A stretch of 64,000 bases of DNA from Paraphysomonas bandaiensis (taxonomy: Eukaryota; Protista; Chrysophyceae): positions 1-64,000 of the forward strand of contig CBFFRP010000020.1 in NCBI GenBank assembly GCA_965644295.1. Reading direction: 5' to 3'. A program made the position numbers and the translations under genes. Positions 21,036 to 33,994 of the stretch are shown piece after piece (position 1 is the stretch's first letter; every line of letters begins with the position of its first letter). The notes under the pieces were generated by a model, which saw only the letters and a program-made list of their open reading frames with translations, ran no database searches and was not told where the DNA came from.

Positions 21036-23925
21036 CCGGAAGCAACCTTAAGACAAACGTGGGAAAAATGTTCAAATTTGGGACTTTTGATTGAAAGCTA
21101 TGTTCTACGAGTAATTTTAATGTTAATTTGTCCCGAAATGTTATTCGAGTAGTTTGCAAGAAGTTTTCATAATTATAGTATGATATTTTAATAAAATATA
21201 TGATATATTCATTATTTATAAGTAGTTACCGTGGGGCTAGTACGTTTTTCCATAACTTTTGGGGCTGAACCTACTGCACTCTAGTATCTTTTCATTCATA
21301 AGGTACAATTTCTACTTCATAACTAGCACAAGTTCTATTGACTCTTTTCATGACGTTAGCAGCTTCCCTTCCATTCCTTCAGCTACTTCACCGACTATGA
21401 ACTCTATATCATATTTTCCATTCTTGTATTCTAATACGGCACCATTAATATTGTGAATTTTCTGATCTTTTCACCTATATTTCATAGAAGTGTTCGTGCC
21501 CACTACTATTCTCAGCACTACTATCGCCACAAGTTTCAATGCATTGCGTCGATGACCTCATTTCCAATATCTTCACTCAACTATATCTTCATTTCCACTT
21601 TCTTCACTCATATACTGCTTTCACTTGAACAGAGCTCTTCCTCACTGGGGAGCTGCTAACTTGAAATCGTGAACGCTTCTTCTTATGGACAACCTTTCGA
21701 CGAACAGTTCTACGCAACTCAAAATCACTGCCATCATAGGACACATCAGACAATACAACGGTCAAGATTGAGTGGGTCACGACGCCCTCCAGGAGTAGCC
21801 ACATTCATCAACAATGACGCCATCGCCCTGTCCCCCAATGCAATCAACAAGTGCATTTATCTCCCCATGTGCAATCCAATCTTCCGCTACCACATTCTCA
21901 AATGAATTCATGGGGTCATCGCCTGGATGCAACCTGACCACTCCGCTTATTCCTCCAGTAAATCCTCTTGCCTCCACCTCGGATATTAATCATATGTCCT
22001 TGACGAACGAATCGGGATGCCATATCCGTTGGGGACTCTCTCCCCACAACTCAAAATTCCGACCTCATGTGCAGCCAGCTTTTTCCTTCTCTTCCACTTC
22101 CTGAAGACCTGAACTTATACCGGGAGAGCGTTCCTATTCACAACTTCTCCGTTAATCATACAGCGCTCAACACGCACACTGAGATCAACGTGGTTATCTG
22201 AACGCTTAAAGCCCCATCAACTCCATCGAACACAGCCCGTGGCGCACATCCACTGAAGATCGCTGGCTATACAGCGATCACTCAAGGGAACAACCTCCAC
22301 AGGTTCCGCAGTTTCCCTTGAGAAAAGGATATCACCAAGTAAGTGGTATTCGAAGACGGTGGTGATATATTCTGCTACCGTATCTACACGTAGAATTCTG
22401 ACCTTGCCCACTCGTTCCCCATTCGCGGAGAGCAGATAGATGTTTCCTTGGAACTCTATTCGGCATTCGTATAACACCGCATCTATCACTCCTCTGGACC
22501 CTTCATTAAAAGAGTAAGGGTCAGGAGGTTGAGAGGGCTATGACGATAGAATTACCATCCATCCATGTAAATACCTTGGTCGATATCCTTCATCGGGTTA
22601 TCGGAAACATCCGCGGACTTGGCATATCGTTTGGAAGAGTCGGAAATGATCTGACCTACGTCGTCTGCGCAGTATGCGCGCATACATACATCCACATCTC
22701 CAAGTCTCTATTTTTGATGTGTGCATGTTTTCATACGAAAACCGTGACCCTCATCATCACCACGCATGACCCTCATCACCGTACTGTATACGTATATACG
22801 CAAAATACCATATCTAATTTTGAATGTAGACATCATGGTCACACATACATACATGTATATATATAGACATGTAGACATGGACATAATGATGCGCATTAAG
22901 ACGCACTGTGCCAGAGTATGATATAGTAATATCATGACTGATTTAGATGCATTGCAAGGTATGGTTCAGGATACAACAGGGGACCTGAGTGAGAGCGATA
23001 CGGGTGACGTCGCCATCACTGCACCCTGTACAGATGTATGCACCCCATCTCCATCTGCCACATGTGCGGGTTGAGGTGGTTGTGGCAAGGAGTTCCCGAT
23101 TGATGAGAAGGGCTCCGATTTTTATCATGGAGTGCTATGTGCCACATGTAATGGGCTGTAATCATATGTACCCCACATCACACATATATACAGAGAGTGT
23201 ACATGTTGTCACGTTCGTAGTATTCATCGAAGGTTCTAATCTTGGAGATGCTCTTCAGTCTGACCTCACTACTGGTGATGGCACCCCTCTTTCACAACTT
23301 CCCTCTAGTCCCGTGACGTATTACTACGTAGAAGGTTACTGTTTTGATGATGATGACCCTGGTCATACTCTACCAAAGGTGACGACCCTCTTACTCCTCT
23401 GTCTCAGCCCGTTGCATATGAGGAGGTGAGTTCCCGTAGTATATATTAGTGATTCAATTTACTCCTTCTTACTATTTTCGGACAGTTGCTCCCCGGTTAA
23501 TGGTTCTTTGAGGAGTAAGTTATTACATGTATACCCCTCTTTCACTTATGTACCATGCTGGTAGTATTAATACCGGTCAGTGTAGTTGTTGTGCTTGGTG
23601 TAAGTTTTTAAATGTTTTTTACTTATATTGTCGCTGTATTACTTAGTTAATATTGTACATGTTTTATATTGATGAGGCTATTTCGATACTTACAGACGCA
23701 GTAATAACAATTTCGTTGTGCTGAGCACTGTCCTGAAATCATTCTTGGAATATTGTTATTTTTTTAATAAAATAACAATAAGAATAGTATTGTATAGCTA
23801 CTATAATATTATTACACAGTTTTAATAATATTAGATTAATGAAAACGATAAGTATAGGATAGGGTACAAAGGGGTCCAAAACGTGGGAAAAAATTTTTCC
23901 CACGTTTGTCTTAAGGTTGCTTCGG
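21036..23925. mobile_element. TIR-bounded non-autonomous DNA element (~2.9 kb) with a degenerate minus-strand cargo gene
   Basis: gaagcaaccttaagacaaacgtgggaaaaa (21039-21068) is the exact reverse complement of 23894-23923; candidate 3-bp TSD TGC at 21033-21035 and 23926-23928. Confidence 0.78.
21320..23560 (-). pseudogene. Degenerate intron-containing gene inside the TIR element, possible C-terminal Tudor-like segment
   Basis: Fragmented protein-like frames with stops and frameshifts; a GT-AG intron at ~22501-22555; IGEKIRKF/NINGAVLEYKNGKYDIEFIVGE at ~21388-21478. Confidence 0.45.
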
Positions 23926-24000
23926 TGCTGATATGAGCGCTCTGTTGAGCCCAAATCAGCTAAAAAGAAGTTTTTTTATAAACAAATGGGGATAATACGG

Positions 24001-24250
24001 TATATCGTCCCGCGCTCAAATATTAAAACAAAGCACTTCGTTCTATCACATTATACTCATCTGTATGCCGATGTTGCATTACCTCTCTAAGAAAAATTCC
24101 AATGACGTCCAGATATCCACGGCCATGCCATGGATACGCTTAAAGAGGCGCTGCGAAAGGCTCCTGTGCTTCGTTAGGCCGAAAAGTCCGAGTTCTAAAA
24201 GTTGGACAAAGGATGATAAATTGTAGCTTATCCTTTTGCTGTTGAAAACC
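24001..24250 (+). repeat. Dispersed direct repeat, copy 2, interrupted by ~150 bp of unrelated sequence
   Basis: Matches 19515-19640 in two blocks (24001-24030 and 24181-24250). Confidence 0.65.
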
Positions 24251-24749
24251 CAAAATATCTACAATTGTAGCTTGCTTACTGCTAAGGAAAATATTGCACC
24301 CTTGATTAATCTTAAGAAAACAAATGAAAAATCAAAATATTGTTTCAAATCAACGGGATATATTTCTTATACATAATCTTTGGTAATACTCAAAACAATA
24401 TATCCCCAAATTTCTATATTAGCTACAACAAAATAAAGTTAGATCACAGAAGGATACTGAAGGAATAAGAATTGCATGGTATACTACAATGCACATCAAG
24501 GTGATGTAGTCACATGAGGCTTCATGTTGTCATTGACACCATCATCATATATATATGTACTTATGTACATCATGCTTCACCTCTGCTAATTTGTATGCAG
24601 TTTGTATGATATAAAGCACATGATCATGACAAGCATGATGTCAGTCCAACCATGAAACGACTGCATGCAACTGTTTCATATCATATACACATCATCATAT
24701 AAGGAACTAGATCTAATTAAAGTATCCTGATGTTGTATCTATCAGAGAA

Positions 24750-26356
24750 CCATTTTCTGGGAGAACCCAACAAAAATCACTGTTTTATTAGGAAAGGGGG
24801 TTTTCATCACTCTACAAAATACAGAGCGCTGTTAAAGTGATTGTCAGTGTCAGACATTACAATCACAATCAGTGTTAAAAGCAATTGGACTACACCTTCT
24901 TTTGACCCAGTATTTATAGAAAGTAATATGTGGAAGAGTCATTATTGTAAGTGATAATATGCCACGACAAACTTACAGTATTACTGATGCAAGAGCTCAT
25001 AAAATGTTGCAGGCCATTGCGATCTTCTCATCGTACGCAATTGTCAGCACGACAAAGTCACAGATGAAGGTGTCAGACCTTCATAAAGAGATAAATAAAT
25101 GCTTTGCAGGAGTGAAAGGTGTTTATGCGTCGCCAGTAATTCAGATGAAATAAGTCATAGTTATACTGCAACTGGTCTTCTTGCATTGACCCAAGAGCTC
25201 ACATCCCTGAAAACAGGCTTCGAGGAAGCTCGACACATGTACGAGTTGTTTAATGAAGAAGTGGTGCTGATAATGAAGATCATTCATCAAAACGCAGCCG
25301 TCACGACTAGTTTGTTTGTGACAAGATTTTCTGGCAGACCAGATGTGTAATAGCTATAAAGCTATATATTCTTACTTATTTTTGACATTTTGGATTACTT
25401 AAATGAACGCTGAATTCACTCAATTATTGAAATTATACTAAATATCCCTTATCATTCATTGTCTTTCACTAAATTCGAATATTTATACTACACTTGTCCT
25501 ACATAAGTACTAGTAGCTAATATATATTACAAAACAATCATACCATGATCCCAACCATATGGTACACCTTTTCCATTCTTGAAGGCCATTTAATATCTCG
25601 ACGCTGCCATCTATACTCAAAATGGCTGATGAGTAACCCACGGAACTTGTCCAAAGAATATGATGTACGAATATGACGAATTGCATGTTGAGCAGTTTGA
25701 GTGCTAAACTGAACATCAGTGGTATCGTCACAGTCATCATCACCGAATCCCACGCCAGAGCAATCATATGACGATTTCCGTTGCAGCGTGCGTTGTCTTC
25801 AGTATCATGCCAACCCATATCACCAGCATAACGGCTTGGAACCCCTTCTCGCCAATATCATCAAAAGTCCACCCACGACCCATATATCGTAGGCTCCCCA
25901 ACAACAATAATTCGAGTGGTGAACCAGGCCTTCCACTGCAGTCTTCTTTCACATAACTTTTGAACCATTTTTCCGTTCTTGCCAAACTAAAAGGAATTCT
26001 TGAAACGAAGCGTATGGAAGCCTAAATCTTCTCCTAAACTTGCGCAATTGTTTTTTTGCTCCTTTGATCTCTCAACACATACTGTACGTACCAAGAGGAT
26101 TTCCGTGGGTCATAATCAACCCTCTTGCCTTCATCGTCGTCATAATATCCTCTCTTTCCTCTCTTTCGCTTTTGTTTTGGTTCAGGTGATGGTTGATTCT
26201 CTTCTTCGAAGATCATTTGTAGAATTCCTTCCTTGCGTCCTTTTCTCCTGCTCTCCATATATTGCACGTATAACATTGGATCCAGTTCACCGTTTGAATC
26301 AAGACAAGCACTCAATGTAATCGACATAGGCTTGATAAAACTCGTGATCAACAATA
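24750..26356 (-). mobile_element. Inverted, internally deleted copy of the adjacent PIF/Harbinger element
   Basis: Near-identical reverse complement of four blocks of 26457-29580, with three internal deletions. Confidence 0.92.
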
Positions 26357-26484
26357 AAAATATTTTGGACCTTGGAAAGAAATGACTTTTCTTTCCAAAA
26401 TTCATGGCATGGTAAGAAATAATATTGCGGCCTATATTAGGAACCTCGAGTCATAATATTGTTATCACGAGTTTTATCAAGCCT

Positions 26485-27988
26485 ATGTCGATTACATTGA
26501 GTGCTTGTATTGATTCAAACGGTGAACTGGATCCAATGTTATACGTGCAATATATGGAGAGCAGGAGAAAACGACGCAAGGAAGGAATTCTACAAATGAT
26601 CTTCGAAGAAGAGAATCAACCATCACCTGGGAACCAAAACAAAAGCGAAAGAGAGGAAAGAGAGGATATTATGACGACGATGAAGGCAAGTGGGTTGATT
26701 ATGACCCACGCAAATCCTCTTGGTACGTACAGTATGTGTTGAGAGATCAAAGGAGCAAAAAAACAATTGCGCAAGTTTAGGAGAAGATTTAGGCTTCCAT
26801 ACGCTTCGTTTCAAGAATTCCTTTTAGTTTGGCAAGAACGGAAAAGTGGTTCAAAAGTTATGTGAAAGAAGACTGCAGTGGAAGGCCTGGTTCACCACTC
26901 GAATTATTGTTGTTGGGGAGCCTACGATATATGGGTCGTGGGTGGACTTTTGATGATATTGAGGAAGCCACTTATATAAGTGAAGAGGTCCATCGTGTAT
27001 TTTTCCATGAATTTATAAATGTCGGATCAACAGTTATATTTGAGAAGTGGGTGTCAGTACCGAAGACTCCAGCAGATATTCATGATTGCATGCATGAATA
27101 TGCAGAGGCCGGAATGAACGGAGCTATCGCATCGACCGATGGAGTTCATATCATTCATGAAAAGATAGCTGCGAAGTTAAAGAATAGTCATTTGAGTCAT
27201 AAAGCTCAGCAGACAACAAGAGTGTTTAATATGTCTGTAAACCATCGGCGAAGAATTCTTGCAACATCACATGGCAGTTGGAATGATAAAAGTGTTGTGA
27301 AATTTGATAAATTTATATGCGATATTCGTGCAGGTAGGCTATATGAGGATGTAGAGTACGAGCTGTATGATGACCATGGTATCCCACATCGATTCAGAGG
27401 TGCATGGGTCCTATCAGACAATGGATACTTGGACTGGTCATGCACAGTGCCTCCAACAAAGGATACAGGTCTATTCAAAGATATACGATGGTCAAAGTGG
27501 CTTGAATCTATGCGTAAAGATGTAGAGTGCACGTTTGTTATTTTGAAGGGTAGGTGGCGCATATTAAAGACAGGTATCCGTCTGAAGCATCCTCATTGTT
27601 GTGATAAGATTTGGAAAACATGTTGTGCATTTCACAACTTCCTTCTAGAAGTGGATGGTGGCGAGAAGGGGTTCCAAGCCGTTATGCTGGTGAATTGGGT
27701 TGGCATGATACTGAAGACAACGCACGCTGCAACGGAAATCGTCAGTATGATTGCTCTGGCGTGGGATTCGGTGATGATGACTGTGACGATACCACTGATG
27801 TTCAGTTTAGCACTCAAACTGCTCAACATGCAATTCGTCATATTCGTACATCATATTCTTTGGACAAGTTCCGTGGGTTACTCATCAGCCATTTTGAGTA
27901 TAGATGGCAGCGTCGAGATATTAAATGGCCTTCAAGAAATGGAAAAGGTGTACCATATGGTTGGGATCATGGTATGATTGTTTTGTAA
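26485..27988 (+). pseudogene. PIF/Harbinger (HARBI1-like, DDE_Tnp_4 type) transposase, frameshifted
   Basis: FRRRFRLP, LRYMGRGWTFDDI, GAIASTDGVHI, GSWND, LSDNGY, RKDVECTFVILKGRWRILK, CCAFHNFL; frameshifts near 26630, 26760, 26825 and 27660. Confidence 0.9.
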
Positions 27989-28204
27989 TATATATTAGCT
28001 ACTAGTACTTATGTAGGACAAGTGTAGTATAAATATTCGAATTTAGTGAAAGACAATGAATGATAAGGGATATTTAGTATAATTTCAATAATTGAGTGAA
28101 TTCAGCGTTCATTTAAGTAATCCAAAATGTCAAAAATAAGTAAGAATATATAGCTTTATAGCTATTACACATCTGGTCTGCCAGAAAATCTTGTCACAAA
28201 CAAA

Positions 28205-29371
28205 CTAGTCGTGACGGCTGCGTTTTGATGAATGATCTTCATTATCAGCACCACGACTGCTATAATCACCAGCATTATATGTGCGTGGCCGTTTTATCGT
28301 CTCAGTGCGTATACGCTCTAACTCCAAGCGAACTCTTTCAGATCTATTATGAAATTCTAACATTCTTGTTCGGAACACCTCTTCATTAAACAACTCGTAC
28401 ATGTGTCGAGCTTCATCGAAGCCTGTTTTCAGGGATGTGAGCTCTTGGGTCAATGCAAGAAGACCAGTTGCAGTATATATGTGTTCACATTAATGGAAAG
28501 CAGAGGGTGCACATCACAAGCAAACTTGGCAGCACCGTAAGGCCCATATAACAAGAACACCCACCAATAAAGTGGACGCCAACCTTCCATTCGTTCCTCC
28601 GTCGCTGCAGCTCCCAAACTTCGCCTTTCCCCATCTTTTTTCTCAAATCCACTACTTTCCTCATCCTCAGCAGCCTCACCTTCACTTTCACTCTCATCAT
28701 TGCCACTGCCCTCATCATATAACCCTCCCCGTTCATCAGCCCATATTCTATCCAATACTTTGGCTGCAACATCCGATTCGTTGGTCCCTGAAAACACAAC
28801 ACATTAACTGTATCAATAGATATACAATGTTTAGTTATTACCTGAAGGGAACTTCCCAGTGCTGTCACATTCCTCAAGCCAGTAGGCGTACCACTTTCTC
28901 AAGTACTTATGTATATCCTAGAAAACAATAATTATTGAGAAGAAGATAAAAGTAATGAATACGGTGAATAGCGTCTCACCTTCGCCTTATTCCACAAAAT
29001 GCTTTTGGACGCATTCTGAAAGAACCCTTCAGAGTGGTGTTCAAAAGAGACTCATTGGGAAAGTGTAAAGCATATATTACTCTATGAGGACTGAAATCTA
29101 GCTTCAGCGTCTTCTGTACTTCTGCTCCACTAACTGTCTGATTCTCCCATAGATAACTAAAATATTCACCGTCGCCGTCCATCATCTGAATTACTGGCGA
29201 CGCATAAACACCTTTCACTCCTGCAAAGCATTTATTTATCTCTTTATGAAGGTCTGACACCTTCATCTGTGACTTTGTCGTGCTGACAATTGCGTACGAT
29301 GAGAAGATCGCAATGGCCTGCAACATTTTATGAGCTCTTGCATCAGTAATACTGTAAGTTTGTCGTGGCAT
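28205..29371 (-). CDS. Harbinger accessory (second) gene, spliced, acidic middle and coiled-coil end; may be degenerate
   Basis: Successive minus-strand ORFs 28976-29458, 28450-28877 and 28205-28453, convergent with the transposase as expected for ORF2 of this superfamily; no clear Myb/SANT motif seen. Confidence 0.55.
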
Positions 29372-29695
29372 ATTATCACTTACAATAATGACTCTTCCAC
29401 ATATTACTTTCTCTAAATACTGGGTCAAAAGAAGGTGTAGTCCAATTGCTTTTAACACTGATTGTGATTGTAATGTCTGACACTGACAATCACTTTAACA
29501 GCGCTCTGTATTTTGTAGAGTGATGAAAACCCCCTTTCCTAATAAAACAGTGATTTTTGTTGGGTTCTCCCAGAAAATGGGGATTTTCATCACACTACAA
29601 TTCTATATTTTATATTTTGTCAACCATAAGAAACGAGAAATGGTGTATGAAGAAATAAGTTATCTTTTTTTTTGACCAACCGTAAGGCACGGCCT

Positions 29696-29696
<1 letters not shown>

Positions 29697-29727
<31 letters not shown>

Positions 29728-29987
29728 TGTATGTATGTATGTATGTATGTATGTATGTATGTATGTATGTATGTATGTATGTATGTATGTATGTATGTAT
29801 GTATGTATGTATGTATGTATGTATGTATGTATGTATGTATGTATGTATGTATGTATGTATGTATGTATGTATGTATGTATGTATGTATGTATGTATGTAT
29901 GTATGTATGTATGTATGTATGTATGTATGTATGTATGTATGTATGTATGTATGTATGTATGTATGTATGTATGTATGTATGTATGTA
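29697..29987. repeat. (TATG)n/(CATA)n microsatellite, ~290 bp
   Basis: Perfect tetranucleotide array. Confidence 0.99.
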
Positions 29988-30081
29988 CAGTGTAGGTAGG
30001 TATGGACATGCAGAGTTATATATACTCACAATAGTTCTCATGTCAAGCTAGTCTCCACTCTTATCCTACCACACATCTCCT

Positions 30082-31621
30082 ATGCTTGGAATCGGTCGAG
30101 AACTACAAGCATTCCGTGTGGACAATGCCCTCAAAGAGACCATCCGATCCCGTGTATCTGATATAGTTAACGATGTCAGCATAGGGTCCTATCAGAGATA
30201 TCAACCAGAGTTAGATATGACTGTAGATATAGTCTATCATGCTCTATCAACTGCTTCACAACAGGTGTGTATATAGTGTTATATGTATATATACGTGTAT
30301 GTATATATATATGTATATGTATGTATGTGTATATATATATCTGTGTATTGTGATCTATATTGACCAATAGTCATATATATATAGCCGACTCCAGGTATGA
30401 GAATATTTGGAGTCGACTATTCAAGTCAAGGCAATGCGATGTGGCTCTTTAGTTGTATATTTCTCAAGTGGGCGTTCAATCGAGTGGAGAAATTTGCGCT
30501 ACTGCGAAGTATGTTTCATTCTCAAGATTCTGTACTTACTAATGCATTTTATATGTAGATTGGCGTCGTAGTGAATCAGTAAGTGATGTACTATTGCCTT
30601 CGATATATAGTAAATTGGTAGTAGAATAGTATTAAGTACAAGATGTGGAAGCTACTCTCTGCGTGTCGCACCTGTATCAAGGTAGTGTATATGGATATAT
30701 ATCTAATTTGCATTTATAACATTATATAGGTGCTAATATTAGTAAATCACTTGACATTAATCGGGATGAGAGGGTCTTCTAGTAAAGGTGCTAGCCCCGA
30801 TATATCTCGACGAGTGTCTGGGTATAGATGGGTAAGATGTTAGCTTGTAGTAGGTGGTGTGTATGGTCGATTAGGGTTATACTTCAACTCGTTTTGTACA
30901 TGTATATGGTATCCGTTGTTGTCTCTCGGTGGCTTCATATTTATTTTCAGGCGGCCCGTGTGGAGAGTGAACAGCGAGTTTCTTCTGCATCCCCTGCACA
31001 GATTCAACTGATTAACAGGCGTATTCTCTGGAGCTCTATCGAGGTATTTTTTCTCCTCGTCCGTATTGCACTGCGTGGGTCCTACACACCACCTGTATCT
31101 ACATTGACTACTATTCTTCTCACCTCTGGCGGTGCATAGGGTCTACTTGCCGTGCTAGCTGTAGCCATAGACTGGCGGGAACTCACTTCGACTTTGAGAC
31201 ACTTGTCGATAGATATGTATCATAGATCCCGGCGAGCAGCACAGGAGAAACTTCCTCCAGCACTTAGAGCAGATATCGAAAGATTTCTAAGCTTCATTTG
31301 GCCTCAACAGACCTCGTCAAGTGACCATTGTGCAATTTGTGGGATGTCTGAGGTGGAGGTATGCTACTTTATAAATTGACGCTGTCATTTTGTATATGCT
31401 TTTATACCTGGGCGATTCCCGTGTGCTATTTGTACTCTGATGTTGATATCTTGCACTCAGCAGTGCTATATTCTGATAATGTTTTTTAGGCACCTCATGT
31501 TGGGGAGTGTGGGCATATCTGCTGTTACTATTGTCTTGAAAAGGCTGTAAAAATAGATAGGTTTAGGTGTCCTCGGTGTGGTGCCCGTTTGACAGAGTGT
31601 AACCGATATATATACGACTAG
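30082..31621 (+). CDS. PEX2: Peroxisomal RING peroxin, PEX2-like (multi-exon)
   Basis: YQPEL, PTPGM, QLINRRILWSSIE, and a C-terminal RING: CAICG..PH..ECGHICCYYC..FRCPRCG; stop at 31619-31621. Confidence 0.75.
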
Positions 31622-31932
31622 ACTAGAATAAATGGTTTCTTTAGTATTTAATTTTTCGAATATCTTTTCTATTACTAGTACGTTTTGATACTACGTTTAG
31701 CATTTAGGCGCCCAGAAATCCTTTGATTAAACTTATTTCTAACAAGTCCACCCAAGCGTGGAGAAAACGAAGATAATAGAAGTAGCTAACAGAGGACTTT
31801 ACGATATTGATGCTTACGTATTTCAATCTAGTAGAAATATGAGCGATATTTGTCCGAAACGTTTAACAAAGAAAATATAATAAAACTTCACTCGCCTGTT
31901 TATTAAAACATATGAAATATCTACAACTAATT

Positions 31933-33337
31933 TCACTCATCGTGTATATCGCGTAAAGACGAGTGTTGTGCTAACCGACTAACTAACAACTCAATACTAT
32001 CATCGATTCCTGTCTGAATATCATCAGCAGCGGTTGTCAGCTTGTGCATTAGATAGCGAGCGTTCACTGCGCTGCTATAAAGCGCCCGATGGGTAGGTGA
32101 CGATAGCACAGAGCAGGATTCATTGAATGAATCTTTCCCACTGTCTACATTTAAACAAGGTGGTACAAGCGTGGCAATAATATTATCGGCCATATCAATC
32201 CACCTGCGGTCCACTCCACCAGTAGATGGGAATGGTAAGAATTTTTCGCCAAGCGGGCGGATGTTCATAATAGCAGCTTGTATTTGCTCCACAGTTGCAC
32301 CGTTACCAGCGCTACTAACTTCTTGCAAGAGACCTTCCCGAAGGTAAACCATTTCGTCGAGAAGATCTGAAATAAGATTCCATATCTTTCGCTGCAGTGC
32401 TGAATCATCAGTAAAGCTAGAGTTTTTCAGAGTCTCTTCCAGTGAACTCACTGCCACAATATGTAGTGCCTCCATAAATGATTCATCAGTTTGGGCTAAT
32501 ATAGCCTCCTGGACATCCATATTGCCTCGTACCGCTGAAGAGATAGCATACAATAGGCGCTTCACGAGGTCTCTTCTCCCGCTGCCCTCTTTGAGGGAAG
32601 TCGCTGCGGTGTGTAATGTGTTCGTCATCAACTCCAGGGCACTCACGTTAGTGGTATTTGACAAGCTTTCAAGAGTCCACAGCTGGTAGGAGTAGTCATT
32701 TTTAACAGCAGTCCCAACACACAGAGCCACTGCACACTTCACGGAGTCGGGAGCATCCGCTTGCAACAACGACACCAAAACAGGCCAACCTTGTATAGTA
32801 TGGAAGTCTCTTGCATTATCGATATCTGCCAAAAGTGATTCAAGTATCACCAAAGCTTTCAATACAGCAGGATCATGAAGGGAAGTATTTGTCAATAAGT
32901 TGGTGATGTCCTTCATATACTCTGCAGGCTTCATCAATCCAGCCACAGCAGCTCTGAGTTCTTCTTGACGTATCTCCCATGCTCTTTGAAGATCTTTTGC
33001 TGCATCTGATCCAGCAATAAAATCTTGATGTATATTAACACCCAATCGATCTAATTCACTTGTAGGAAGCTGACTAAGAGCATGTTTAATAGTATCAATC
33101 CTTTGTTGTTCTGTTGGTGGAGTATGATGACCATCAGTATCACTTTCAATTAATATATTACTCATTCTATCCATATTTCTAGATGCTAATGCCTGTATAT
33201 CTATGTTATGTATGTATGTAGCTTATATATATGTATATACGTACCATATCTCCATTAAATGAATCCTTTTGACCATAGGAGACGACAAGTATGATCAGAG
33301 AACATATCCATACATTTACTGACTTCATAGAAACCAT
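31933..33337 (-). CDS. SIL1: SIL1/Fes1-family Hsp70 nucleotide exchange factor with signal peptide (2 exons)
   Basis: LESLLADIDNARDFHTIQGWPVLVSLL, ALCVGTAVKND, LYAISSAVRGN; exon 1 encodes MVSMKSVNVWICSLIILVVSYG; ends IHDE*. Confidence 0.75.
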
Positions 33338-33994
33338 TTGATTATCTTATTTGTTATTGTATTGTAGAATTGAGTTAGTTATGAGATTATGTGTATGGAA
33401 TTCAATGGGATTCTCTATATATACTCCTGCTGTATATAGGCATGTATGTATATATATATGTACAGTACAGTATAGCTATGTATGTATAGGTATGTATGTA
33501 TTGAGGTGTGCAGATTTCTTACAAGTGGCATATATTTGTGGAGTATTCTGGAAGGAATGATATAGAAGAATGTAGTAGATAAAGTATAAAATTCCAAGGT
33601 TTTATAGAAAACTAATGATATAATTGTTGAAAATAGGGGTTTTGTGTTTTTATTTGTGATTTATATAAGTAATTTCTCAGAATAATACTTCTACTGTATT
33701 TTACAGTATACTCAACAGTATACCTTATACACAGTCATATTAGAGTGGACACGTCCACACAATAGTCCTAAATACCCATATTTTCCCTGCCAATATCTTT
33801 CAATTTTCCTAAAAAAAGTACTTTCTTATACCTATATTTCCATGGTTTTCAGGATTTATATTTATATTATGTACATAAACTCCATGATATAGTTTTCTTT
33901 TTGACCGACCCTGTACATATATCTCTATATATAAACCATTGCAATTCATTAACTACTTAACCATCATATATACATCTCATAAACCAAACTAAGG

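Larger units (their letters stand above)
26457..29694 (+). mobile_element. PIF/Harbinger-superfamily DNA transposon with two convergent genes
   Basis: DDE transposase on plus, accessory gene on minus; right end ...taaggcacggcc is followed by TTA, consistent with the TWA target site of this superfamily. Confidence 0.85.

Noticed and set aside
21600-21980. Ulp1/SUMO protease in the TIR-element cargo (DWIAHGEINA, THSILTVV)
   Set aside because: Only a vague resemblance; no HW or Q-x-N-x-x-DCG catalytic motifs
19515-24250. LTR retrotransposon defined by the direct repeats
   Set aside because: Repeats are short and diverged, lack TG..CA ends, and enclose no gag/RT/integrase motifs
29610-30051. 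ORFs encoding (YIHT)n or (MYVC)n
   Set aside because: Translations of a stop-free tetranucleotide microsatellite
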